Below are positions 1 through 9,003 of a DNA stretch of 64,000 nt, one piece after another. The notes below the pieces were generated by a model. It had not been told where the DNA came from and did not search any database. It saw only the letters and a list, made by a program, of their open reading frames with translations. The DNA lies in the sequence record NZ_CP020429.2, one strand, 5' to 3'. Source of the DNA: a plasmid. Position numbers and translations under genes: made by a program. Numbering within the stretch: position 1 is the stretch's first letter; every line of letters starts with the position of its first letter.

Positions 1-356
1 AATTGAAATAGCTTTGCGTTTTAAGAATAACAAATTAGTTTTTAAAGTTGCCAATCCAATCAAAGATTCTAATGTAGATGTTAATTACGATGGAATGAAG
101 TCGATAAAATCTCCTAACCGGCAAGGTATAGGGATAAAAAGTAGTTATGATCGGGCTATGAAATTGAAGGGACATTTAAATATTACTGTTCAGTCAAATC
201 GATTTATTGTATTGGTTGTGATTCCGCTAAGGATGAACTGAGTCTTTATTGGGAAATCTATATTCAAACTCTGCTAATGGGCAGAGTTCTTTTTCTAGGG
301 TGTCTTACAGATGGTTTATTGGTACAGTATGATAATCGTGTCTTTTCTCCCAAAAT

Positions 357-638
357 GTGTCCAAAATATTGACAGAATTCCATGACAGAACTTTGTACCA
401 AGAATTAAGTAATAAGTTTCAAATCCCTGCTAGAAAAGATCATTTGATAGATGATATTGAAGGACGAAAGATTAGACTTGCGGCTGATATTATTTGTGGT
501 AGAAAGCAAATTGTTAAGTTTCACGAAAATGATTATGAAAAGTGGAGAGAAGATTATGAACTTGTTCGTTCCAATTTAAACCTTCATTTTTGTGGCCTAA
601 CACAAGGCGCCAACAATCAATACTTATCACTACACTAA
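357..638 (+). CDS. hypothetical protein (93 aa)
   Basis: Open frame in the ORF track; no recognisable motifs; start uncertain. Confidence 0.3.
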   Translation: MSKILTEFHDRTLYQELSNKFQIPARKDHLIDDIEGRKIRLAADIICGRKQIVKFHENDYEKWREDYELVRSNLNLHFCGLTQGANNQYLSLH

Positions 639-705
639 ATATTTAGATAGGATTGATTATTTACTTTTTGATCTAAAATGTTATTTTAGAGGACAAGAGA
701 CTCCG

Positions 706-951
706 ATGATTGCTGCCTATCAAGGTGAAGAGACAGAGATTTGGTTAAGGCAGTTTAGTAGAGATTTCAAGTATTTCACTGATAAGATGAAGTTGAATGC
801 TTTCGTGAATGAAAACTATGAAGTTTTAGGTATCAGTAAAGCACAATCAGAAATTATTCAGAGAATCATTTCTAGAAAGGAGATTTCAGATACATTAAAT
901 CTGTTCATGGAAAATATGTTAAACTTAAATCGGAAAGGTATATTCAGTTGA
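706..951 (+). CDS. hypothetical protein (81 aa)
   Basis: ORF track; translationally coupled to the downstream ASCH gene. Confidence 0.3.
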   Translation: MIAAYQGEETEIWLRQFSRDFKYFTDKMKLNAFVNENYEVLGISKAQSEIIQRIISRKEISDTLNLFMENMLNLNRKGIFS

Positions 952-962
952 AAGGAGAACTC

Positions 963-1403
963 ATGACACCGCAAGAAATGTGGAATCAATACAAGAAAAT
1001 TAACGCCTCTATCGGAGATGAGATAGAGGCCTGGGCTTTTGGAGTGGAAGCTGATCTCTTGGCAGACTTGGTTTTAAAAGGCGTAAAGACGGCAACCGCT
1101 TCAGCTTACGACCTTTATGCACTAGAGGATGAACCCCTTCCGCAGGAAGGTACATTCGATGTTATTTTAGACAGTCAAGATCAAGCTGTCTGCATTGTCG
1201 AAATTACAAAGGTTTCCGTTGAACCCTTTAATCAAGTGTCAGCTGACCATGCCTTCAAGGAAGGGGAAGGTGACAAATCCCTAGCCTATTGGCGTCAGGT
1301 TCATGAGGACTTTTTCGCCGAGTGGCTGAGGGAGGCAGGACTGACTTTTACACCTAACAGCAAGGTTGTTTTAGAAGAATTTCGCAAGGTTTATCCATTA
1401 TAG
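963..1403 (+). CDS. ASCH-domain protein
   Basis: ATG at 963 follows RBS AAAGGAGAAC; ~147 aa with ASCH-like composition and size. Confidence 0.55.
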   Translation: MTPQEMWNQYKKINASIGDEIEAWAFGVEADLLADLVLKGVKTATASAYDLYALEDEPLPQEGTFDVILDSQDQAVCIVEITKVSVEPFNQVSADHAFKEGEGDKSLAYWRQVHEDFFAEWLREAGLTFTPNSKVVLEEFRKVYPL

Positions 1404-1528
1404 AACATGAGAGTGGGACAGAAATCAGTAATTCGTTAGAATTCGATTTCTGTCCTACCTCCGACAGTTGAGTAGGGCTGTAAAAGCTGATGAAATCAGC
1501 GTAGTAGAGCTCACACAACCACTGCGTC

Positions 1529-1783
1529 TTGTTCAACAATCCAAAGACAATTGAGAGGCTAGGACTTTTGTCCCAGCCTCTTTTGAGATATGATATCATA
1601 AAAAAAGGGCTACTTAAGATTTCGAAAGAAGAGCTGTCATCGACACAAGAGACAACTCTAGAAGAGTTAGATGAAATGTCTGGAGTTGTTAAGCAACTAA
1701 CGTGTGGGGAAGCAGTTGCAGATTTAATTGCCTATGCTTTCCTAGATGATATGGAGTTAAATTGGGAATTTTCTGTGAAATAA
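1529..1783 (+). CDS. hypothetical small protein, read through direct-repeat copy A
   Basis: 84-aa ORF; residues 18-84 are encoded by the 195-bp repeat (copy A) and end ...DDMELNWEFSVK. Confidence 0.35.
   Translation: MFNNPKTIERLGLLSQPLLRYDIIKKGLLKISKEELSSTQETTLEELDEMSGVVKQLTCGEAVADLIAYAFLDDMELNWEFSVK
1578..1772 (+). repeat. 195-bp direct repeat, copy A
   Basis: Near-identical to 2702-2895 with 3 substitutions, one changing TCG (copy A) to TAG (copy B); the pair flanks the TA module. Confidence 0.9.
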
Positions 1784-1917
1784 AAAGAAGGTAGCTGTGA
1801 TAAATGCCGATATTAAGTTATTTTTAACCTAGATTTTTCTACAATAATTATTCTTTAAATATATAATAAAAAGCCCTTGATATAGGGCTTTTTAGCTGGA
1901 TTCAAACTATAATAATA

Positions 1918-2208
1918 CTAACCAATGTGAATCGTAAGAGGTTTATTAAGAGCAACGGCGATTTTGCTCATGGTTTCGATGCTAGTGTTATTTCCCCGCT
2001 CGATACGTGCAATGGTAGATTGTGGAACATGTGATAGGTCTGCTAGTTCACGCTGGCTAAGCCCAGCTTTTTGACGTGCGTTGTAGACAGCTAGAGCGCT
2101 CTCCAAGACAGCTTTTTCTGACAAATAGCCAGATTTGAAGTCATCATTTTTCAATTCTTCATTCAAAAAATTATCAAATTTAATGGTTGCCATTTTCGTT
2201 CTCCTCAA
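1918..2208 (-). CDS. XRE-family HTH antitoxin (HigA-like)
   Basis: 96 aa with an HTH (LSQRELADLSHVPQSTIARIERG); overlaps the upstream toxin gene by 29 nt, toxin-first order. Confidence 0.75.
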   Translation of the reverse strand: MRRTKMATIKFDNFLNEELKNDDFKSGYLSEKAVLESALAVYNARQKAGLSQRELADLSHVPQSTIARIERGNNTSIETMSKIAVALNKPLTIHIG

Positions 2209-2545
2209 ATTCTTGTTTTAATGCTTTAGCGTGTTTGATTTCAGCAGTAGGGGTCTTTTGTGTTTTCTTTGTAAATCCATGCGTAATGATAAAGCGGTCA
2301 TCAACAACATGGAAATAAAGTGCACGCTGAATGTTACTTGATACCTTAGAACGGATTTCAAAAATGTCACTGTCTAACTTTTTAACCCATTCCATGCGTT
2401 GGGCTTCCAATAAGCCCTGCTCTTGAATCATGCTGATAGTCGCTAGGAGTTTCTGCCTGTCTTTTATCGGTAAGTTTTGTAAAAACTCGATAAATTCATT
2501 CCGTCCGTTTGTACGTGTGTAAAATTCAAATTTTGGGTGTTTCAT
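2180..2545 (-). CDS. type II toxin, RelE/ParE superfamily (Gp49/HigB-like)
   Basis: 121 aa, phage Gp49-like toxin composition; coupled to the downstream HTH antitoxin. Confidence 0.7.
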   Translation of the reverse strand: MKHPKFEFYTRTNGRNEFIEFLQNLPIKDRQKLLATISMIQEQGLLEAQRMEWVKKLDSDIFEIRSKVSSNIQRALYFHVVDDRFIITHGFTKKTQKTPTAEIKHAKALKQEFEENENGNH

Positions 2546-2701
2546 TGTATCTCAATGATAGCATATATTGTTCATTTGTACAATCATCAATAGTGTGAAC
2601 TTTTGGGTATAATATGGCTCAATTCAGTGATTTTTAGGGTAAAATTCACACTATTCAGATGAAATTAGTTCAAATCAGTTGTAAATTGGCTTTTGAACAG
2701 G

Positions 2702-2895
2702 CTCTTTTGAGATATGATATCATAAAAAAAGGGCTACTTAAGATTTCGAAAGAAGAGCTGTCATAGGCACAAGAGACAACTCTAGAAGAGTTAGATGAAA
2801 TGCCTGGAGTTGTTAAGCAACTAACGTGTGGGGAAGCAGTTGCAGATTTAATTGCCTATGCTTTCCTAGATGATATGGAGTTAAATTGGGAATTT
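2702..2895 (+). repeat. 195-bp direct repeat, copy B
   Basis: Near-identical to 1578-1772; an in-frame TAG gives a 35-aa ORF (MKLVQISCKLAFEQALLRYDIIKKGLLKISKEELS) from ATG 2664. Confidence 0.9.
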
Positions 2896-3026
2896 TTCCA
2901 AGCTAGTGACTCTTAATAGTAGAAATTAAAAAAGCACTTAAAGTTTTTTAACTTTGAGTGCATTTTTTGTTACTTTTTGGTATCTTTTACGAATAGATAT
3001 ATTGTAGAAAATAGGAGGTATATAAT

Positions 3027-3212
3027 ATGATGACTTATGATGAAGTAATGGAAGCGATAGAAAGAGGGTTTATCAAGGGAGATAAAATCAGTATTATTCG
3101 ACGAAATGGCAAGATCCATGATTATGTTTTATCAGGAGAGAAAGTAGAACCTGGAGAAATAGTGGTAAAAGAGGACTTAGATGTTGTCCTTGAAGAGTTG
3201 AAGGAGTTCTAA
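3027..3212 (+). CDS. small acidic hypothetical protein (61 aa)
   Basis: RBS AGGAGGTATATAAT before ATG; no signal peptide; leads the ABC ATPase and permease. Confidence 0.4.
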   Translation: MMTYDEVMEAIERGFIKGDKISIIRRNGKIHDYVLSGEKVEPGEIVVKEDLDVVLEELKEF

Positions 3213-3391
3213 AATGATGCAGCTTTTAAGTAAGATGATTCCTATGGTCTCGTAAAAGGGATACAAGAGTGATATAATAGTGATGTTAGTATGATTTTAT
3301 GGACATGGTGGTTGGGATGATGATAACGATAATTTAATGTTCAGCATATTGAATTATTTTCTTGAAACAATAGGATAATTGAGGTACTTAT

Positions 3392-4126
3392 ATGGAAAAA
3401 AAGGTTGCGGTGAGGGCATCGCGAATATCGAAAGAATTTAGAATAACTAACGAGAGAGTGAATAATGTTTTAAAAGGGGTATCTTTTGTAGCACATTATG
3501 GAGAGTTTATTTCTATTCTAGGAATTAGTGGTTCAGGAAAATCCACATTGTTAAAGTGTCTCTCGAGCCTTTCATTACCAACAAGTGGTGAAGTAGAAGT
3601 TAATGGAATTAATCCATATCAATTGAATAATAGCAAACTAGCCAAATTTAGGAGAGAAGATATCTCTTTAATTTTTCAATCTTATAATTTATTGCCAGCA
3701 CTACCGGTGCTTGAAAATGTTGCGCTACCTTTAAGATTATCTCATAAAAAGGTAGATAGAAAACAAATAGAAAAGTTACTAGACAAGATGGCATTTACTG
3801 CTAATCTAAATAGTTCAATTAGTTCTTTATCGGGTGGGGAGCAACAAAAAGTAGCTATTGCTAGAACCATACTCGCAGATAGTCAGATTATTTTTGCTGA
3901 TGAACCAACTGGTGCATTAGATAGTATTTCACGTCAGAAGATATTTGATTTACTAAAAGACTTGGTGAGGCAAGGGAAGTGTGTCATTATGGTAACGCAT
4001 GATATTGAACTAGCTTCACGTACAGATAGGTCATTAATACTAAAAGAGGGAAAAATTTTTCAGGATTTACAAAACCCTTCAGCAGATGTATTATATCAGG
4101 CATTAGAGTCCATACCGGCTGAGTAA
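3392..4126 (+). CDS. ABC transporter ATP-binding protein
   Basis: Walker A GISGSGKST, ABC signature LSGGEQQKVAIAR, Walker B IIFADEPTGALD. Confidence 0.85.
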   Translation: MEKKVAVRASRISKEFRITNERVNNVLKGVSFVAHYGEFISILGISGSGKSTLLKCLSSLSLPTSGEVEVNGINPYQLNNSKLAKFRREDISLIFQSYNLLPALPVLENVALPLRLSHKKVDRKQIEKLLDKMAFTANLNSSISSLSGGEQQKVAIARTILADSQIIFADEPTGALDSISRQKIFDLLKDLVRQGKCVIMVTHDIELASRTDRSLILKEGKIFQDLQNPSADVLYQALESIPAE

Positions 4127-4138
4127 CAGGAGGACGAT

Positions 4139-5497
4139 ATGCTTACATTAATTTATTATCAGTTCCGCTATACTAAAAAGCAATGGTTAGGAACAATACC
4201 TGTATTTTTAATTTCGAGTATTTTGGTGGGGACTTGTTTAACAATCGCTAACAACATTTCTGCCAATCCGATACTGTTTCAAGATGTTGGAACTCCACTG
4301 CCCATATTTGTAGGTCCAATTATTTTTGGTGGCTTAACTTTATTATTTTTAATATCAAGTTCGATTCAGTTACTGTTAAATTATTTTAAGGAGGACTATC
4401 AAACTTGGAATAAATTAGGTACTAATAGGAATCAACTGGCTTTCTTAGTTGCAGGGCAAATCACAATTATTTCCTTTTTGGTCAGTATTGTTGGAAGTTT
4501 TATCTCCATTTTTGTTGCTAGATATTATTACAGTCTAGTTCAACATTTAGCTGGAAAAGCACAACTACCTAGTATTCCCATCGTTTTTGATTTTAAAGCT
4601 TTTTGCCTCACCATATTGTTAATTTCAATATTAGCTTTTTGTGGTAGCTTTATACATACACGTAAAATCTTAAATCAAGTTATCGAATCACAAGAAAATG
4701 ATAATTTAAAAAGACGTAAGTTATCTAGAGTAGCTAAGCTAGGTGGTACGACCATACTATTCTTCCTATGGGGATGGTTAGCATATGAATTTTTTTACCC
4801 TCCAACTTCTCTATCAGGTGATGACTTAATATTTAAGTTGGACGATAATATTTTAGTCATATTAATACTTCATATTATTATGATTCATTTTCTTTCCCCA
4901 GAGTTACCAGAGTTTATCGTAAAATTGTTATTTAGAAAAACTCATAGTTATAGTTCTACATTAGCTAAGTGGCAAGTTCTTGAAAATCGTTCGTATCTAA
5001 AGTCCCTATCTTCTTCAGTAATGATGGGAATAGTGCTGATTTCTGGATTTTTGATGTACTCTGCTGTTTCATATGGTGATTTAGCAAATCAGTCTCAGCA
5101 GGCTAATGAAACTAACGCAGTATTACTGCTCTTTGTAGCAGGCCCTATCTTAGTTATTCTTGCAAATATCATTACCATTACGATACTGTCCTCATTTGCA
5201 GAAAAAAGGGTTGTTCAACAGTGGAATGTACTTGGCATTTCCAAATCACAAAGATATTTTGTTCGTCTGTCCGAGGCGGGGATTTACAGTCTTTTGATTG
5301 TGATTATTTCTTCAATTTTCAACTCTATATATTATGTTTTATCGCTTCAACTAGCTAAAGCTATTAGTGTAAAAGTAACTAGTAGTGCAAATGCTTATCT
5401 CTATACTTTGCTAATCTCAATTCTTATGTTTCTTTTTCTAGTTATAACAAAGGTATCTATAGATAGTAATGTTGATAGAAATACAAAAGAAGTTTAA
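4139..5497 (+). CDS. multi-pass membrane permease partner of the ABC ATPase
   Basis: 452 aa, about 8-10 hydrophobic segments; coupled 13 nt after the ATPase gene. Confidence 0.6.
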   Translation: MLTLIYYQFRYTKKQWLGTIPVFLISSILVGTCLTIANNISANPILFQDVGTPLPIFVGPIIFGGLTLLFLISSSIQLLLNYFKEDYQTWNKLGTNRNQLAFLVAGQITIISFLVSIVGSFISIFVARYYYSLVQHLAGKAQLPSIPIVFDFKAFCLTILLISILAFCGSFIHTRKILNQVIESQENDNLKRRKLSRVAKLGGTTILFFLWGWLAYEFFYPPTSLSGDDLIFKLDDNILVILILHIIMIHFLSPELPEFIVKLLFRKTHSYSSTLAKWQVLENRSYLKSLSSSVMMGIVLISGFLMYSAVSYGDLANQSQQANETNAVLLLFVAGPILVILANIITITILSSFAEKRVVQQWNVLGISKSQRYFVRLSEAGIYSLLIVIISSIFNSIYYVLSLQLAKAISVKVTSSANAYLYTLLISILMFLFLVITKVSIDSNVDRNTKEV

Positions 5498-5789
5498 TTT
5501 TCAAACATCATTTTCATAAAGAGTAGAAAGTTGAAAAATTTCACTACTGTAAGCTATAGCATGTGCATCTGATATAGAAAATAAGAGAATTTATTGGCTC
5601 ATTTTCAACTGAACGGAGTAACTCATTTTAGGATGGTGTTTTTTGTTTAGATTGGTTGCTTCGATAAAGCAATCTGCTTTCTCGCTTAATCTGATTGTTA
5701 GCATTTACGAAATTTGGTTGAAAAAATATAAAAAAGTGAAATAAAGTATCCTCTGAGTTTCGAAAACAAGACCTGTTATGATATACTTA

Positions 5790-6063
5790 TATCAAGGTTA
5801 AGGAATGAGGTTTCTCCCCTCTCCTTAACCCCACCATTGTTGTTGTAAGGTTAGACGAGATTTCTCCTCTCGGAACTAACATAATCTTTTCATTTCTACT
5901 AGTTATGAACAGGGACATCCCATAAACATAACTGTACTTTCTGTTTTTAGTGTTGTTAGGTTTCTCCCCTAACAGATAAACTAAAAATAGTCATTGTTTT
6001 TCTTCTTTGTAGAAATAATACTAGGAAAACGAGGTAGTCCATTGAGACTTGCCTCGTTTTTTG
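5790..6063 (+). ncRNA. candidate small RNA with three stem-loops displaying UUUCUCC loops
   Basis: Extended -10 TGTTATGAT at 5775-5783. Hairpins GGTTAAGGA/TCCTTAACC (5796-5830), GTTAGACGAGA/TCTCGGAACTAAC, and TGTTAGG/CCTAACA with loop TTTCTCC. Ends at an intrinsic terminator at 6027-6063. Confidence 0.3.
6027..6063 (+). terminator. rho-independent terminator
   Basis: 9-bp stem AAAACGAGG/CCTCGTTTT with a 17-nt loop, then a T-run. Confidence 0.55.
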
Positions 6064-6276
6064 TTGTCTCGTAAAGGTTACTTTAAAAAAACCATTGGAA
6101 CAACAGGAAGTTCCAATGGCCACAACAACAATATTTTTCATAAAAACAATGACTTGTATCTAGGAAAAATCCTAAATCAGCCATAACGACCTTGTTTTTT
6201 CCGCCGACATTGATACCGCGGAGTAAAAGTGCATAACGCTTGTGTGCTCCTTACAAATATATCTATTATTTCCAAA

Positions 6277-6774
6277 CTAACTGTTAGAGTTTCTAATGTA
6301 AATCATCCGTTTTTCTTTCACGGCTTCTCCTAGGTCAATGACCTTTTCCTGACCGTCAAAAACAAAACCTATTTTTTCATAAAAGGCGATGGCACGTTTG
6401 TTATCTTCTAAAACCCATAATATAATCTCTTGATAACCATCCAAGGCAGCAAAAGCAGCTTGTATGAGCTGCCGGCCCACACCCTTGCCATAATAATCTT
6501 TTAAGACATACAAGGCGAAAATTTCACCCGCTATCGTAGCTGAATCTCGAAAATCACCGTAGCTAACAAAGCCGACCACTTTAGCATCATCCAATGCGAT
6601 TAAGGTATTTTCAGGATACTTTTGACTATAAAACCGGCACTTATCCAAAGTCATTTGTTCTTGAAAATCCGCGGGCAAAATCTCATCATAAGCTTCACGC
6701 CATGTCTGCCAATGAACTCTGGATTTCCCTTCTATCTCCTCAGCTGTCACCATTGGTTTGATTGTGATGACCAT
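6277..6774 (-). CDS. GNAT family N-acetyltransferase
   Basis: 165 aa with acetyl-CoA-binding-like motif YGKGVGRQLIQAA; strong RBS AAGGAGGAAACAA on the minus strand. Confidence 0.8.
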   Translation of the reverse strand: MVITIKPMVTAEEIEGKSRVHWQTWREAYDEILPADFQEQMTLDKCRFYSQKYPENTLIALDDAKVVGFVSYGDFRDSATIAGEIFALYVLKDYYGKGVGRQLIQAAFAALDGYQEIILWVLEDNKRAIAFYEKIGFVFDGQEKVIDLGEAVKEKRMIYIRNSNS

Positions 6775-7002
6775 TTGTTTCCTCCTTGAATAAATCTATC
6801 TCAATTATTCCGCCTGAAAACCATTTCTATCTAATTTCCCATTTTCTCCCCAAACTACTACATAAACATTTTTGGGTAAGCTAGTAAAATCAACATAGTC
6901 AGTTAGTCTCGCACCTTCAGGAACCTCGCCTTCCAGAAATAGATACATTTCTAGTCTAACTTATTGATTGTGTTATTTCAAGGGTAGGAAATCAGAATAA
7001 GA

Positions 7003-8157
7003 GTGTTATTATCTCAAAAGTCAACCTATGTCACTAGGTTGCGACACCTATATAAAATAGCCTATCATGGCTTCATGGTAGAATTTAAAGATTATGAAAA
7101 TACACAGGAACTAGAAGGCTGGTACAATTGGCCAGTTAGGGCCTCTAAAAAGATAAAATCCATTAGGGCAATCAATAGTGTCATCTCTTACTTTAGGAGA
7201 CATCGATTAAAGAGAACGCTAATCATTAGCTATACTTTACTGGGTACAATGGTATGGACAGCTACGACTGGCTATTTCTCTCCTAAACGGGTTACTTACA
7301 CGGAGACACAGCTGCGAGCGACGCAAACCTTTGGTAATGGCCTTGGAAGCATCACAGCAACCTCTATGACGTATTCACCATCTAATGGAATGGTCGTTAT
7401 GGAATTAGCAACATCAGATGCGACTAGTGCTATTCAGAAAGGAATCAATACTGAAAATCTTGATTGGCAAGTTTTCTTGCCAAGTAGTGTCAAGAACCCA
7501 GAAGCAGTGACTTTAGAAGTTATTCCGTTAACTGGAGATAAAGTGTATCTGGTTTTGCGTAATGTTCCTTCAGATTATACGCTCATGGTTATTCGAGCGA
7601 CCAATAAGACGCCAAACTCTAACAGTCTAAAGTTGGATGTTCAAGAATATGACGATTACTTGTCATCAAGTAGTAATTCAGTTTTCAATCAGAAAAAACA
7701 AAAAGATAATGATTTTAACAAGACCTATGTTGATTTCTTTGTAACTCCTCAAAATGAACTTCTCAAAAACAAGTATGTTAAGAATTTATCACGTGAGAAG
7801 TTTGCTCTTAATATTTTCGAAGAGGAGTTGAAGTATCAAAAAGGTCAACGGAAAGAACTTCTGAATTCTGCAAAAACACTTGATGACAGTGTCAAGGAAG
7901 ATACTAAGACATTGGAGCAGTTGAAGCGTGAGTCAGAATACTTGGTCGGTAACGACTTAACCGATAAGCAGAGTGATATGGAAGCTATCGAGAAAAGTAT
8001 GGACTCTAAAGAGAAGGATGGAGCGAAAGCGCGTGAAAATGCTGCTTATGTTCAGACAATCATTGAACAGATTGAAAAGAATATCAAAGCAGTTAAGAAT
8101 GGTACTTACAAGTTTAATTCACCAGTACGATCAGTAAAACAAGATATTGGGGAATAA
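7003..8157 (+). CDS. conjugation-module membrane/coiled-coil protein (start uncertain)
   Basis: One transmembrane segment (TLIISYTLLGTMVWTATTGYF) and a charged coiled-coil C-terminus. The annotated start overlaps the conserved motif, so the true start is probably near 7075. Confidence 0.45.
   Translation: MLLSQKSTYVTRLRHLYKIAYHGFMVEFKDYENTQELEGWYNWPVRASKKIKSIRAINSVISYFRRHRLKRTLIISYTLLGTMVWTATTGYFSPKRVTYTETQLRATQTFGNGLGSITATSMTYSPSNGMVVMELATSDATSAIQKGINTENLDWQVFLPSSVKNPEAVTLEVIPLTGDKVYLVLRNVPSDYTLMVIRATNKTPNSNSLKLDVQEYDDYLSSSSNSVFNQKKQKDNDFNKTYVDFFVTPQNELLKNKYVKNLSREKFALNIFEEELKYQKGQRKELLNSAKTLDDSVKEDTKTLEQLKRESEYLVGNDLTDKQSDMEAIEKSMDSKEKDGAKARENAAYVQTIIEQIEKNIKAVKNGTYKFNSPVRSVKQDIGE
7029..7046 (+). 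promoter_or_regulatory. conserved conjugation-module motif, copy 1 (TGTCACTAGGTTGCGACA)
   Basis: One of three near-identical imperfect palindromes, each about 65 nt upstream of a conjugation transcription-unit start; followed by TATATAAAAT. Confidence 0.45.
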
Positions 8158-8192
8158 ATATAAAAAGGAAAGAAAGGACTTTATTAACGATT

Positions 8193-8591
8193 ATGACAAT
8201 TGACGAACAACGCTACTTACTTAACCAAGATTGCCTATTGATGAAATATCAGCGAGGTAACGCTATGAATGAACCCCTTCAAATTTTTAGAGGGAAATGG
8301 GCAGACGGTTTAGAACGCCTACACCAAATCATTGATAAAGAAGTTGGTTGGAAGAACTTTCGTAGTTTTGTCTCAAGTAACGTTCATCATGACGCTGAAA
8401 CATCCATTGAGGTAGTCAAGAAACACTTGAACCAATGCCGTATTGAATGTACGGACCTTTTGGATATTGATTTTGGAGAGAAAGGTTCTATATGTATTCA
8501 GAGGAATCAAGTAGAGCTTTTGACTGAGAAATTCCGTTATTTCCTTTATTTTGAAAGTAATATTCAACCAATGATGGATATTGACTTCTAG
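8193..8591 (+). CDS. hypothetical protein (conjugation module)
   Basis: 132-aa ORF, co-oriented and tightly packed with its neighbours. Confidence 0.4.
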   Translation: MTIDEQRYLLNQDCLLMKYQRGNAMNEPLQIFRGKWADGLERLHQIIDKEVGWKNFRSFVSSNVHHDAETSIEVVKKHLNQCRIECTDLLDIDFGEKGSICIQRNQVELLTEKFRYFLYFESNIQPMMDIDF

Positions 8592-8601
8592 GAGGTACTG
8601 G

Positions 8602-9003
8602 ATGAATCAAGAAGAAAATCAACAACAAGAGGGGAACTGGGGACTGCCTCGTGGTCTTTACACACAGGTAAAGTACTACGGTGTTCCGGTAATGAAAGCC
8701 TTCATTATAGTAGGGAGTTTTGTTTTTCCGCTACAATTCAGGGATATATTTTTCCCTAGAGGGCAAGAGTTGAAGTTCCTAATCAATTTACTCTGTACAA
8801 TGACTTTAACGATTTATTGGATGATCCCTTCTTCGTCTGGTGGAAATAAGTTCTGGGAATTTATTCATGCACACCGTCGGACAAAGAAACGTTATTATCC
8901 AATTGATAAGAACTGTTACCCAGAGTTGAGAGATGATGGCTCGAAAAACCGTCGCTACTTAATGGATAAGGCTGCAGAACGTTTAGGAAGGAAGTATAAA
9001 TAG
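8602..9003 (+). CDS. small membrane protein (conjugation module)
   Basis: RBS TAGGAGGTACTGG before ATG 8602; two hydrophobic segments. Confidence 0.45.
   Translation: MNQEENQQQEGNWGLPRGLYTQVKYYGVPVMKAFIIVGSFVFPLQFRDIFFPRGQELKFLINLLCTMTLTIYWMIPSSSGGNKFWEFIHAHRRTKKRYYPIDKNCYPELRDDGSKNRRYLMDKAAERLGRKYK

Noticed and set aside
1416-1455. Perfect 11-bp inverted repeat GGACAGAAATC-N18-GATTTCTGTCC after the ASCH gene
   Set aside because: It is probably just a terminator-like stem without a T-run. No further structure suggests a riboswitch or tRNA.
5956-6141. 61-aa minus-strand ORF
   Set aside because: It overlaps the plus-strand terminator hairpin and the candidate small RNA, and has no RBS.
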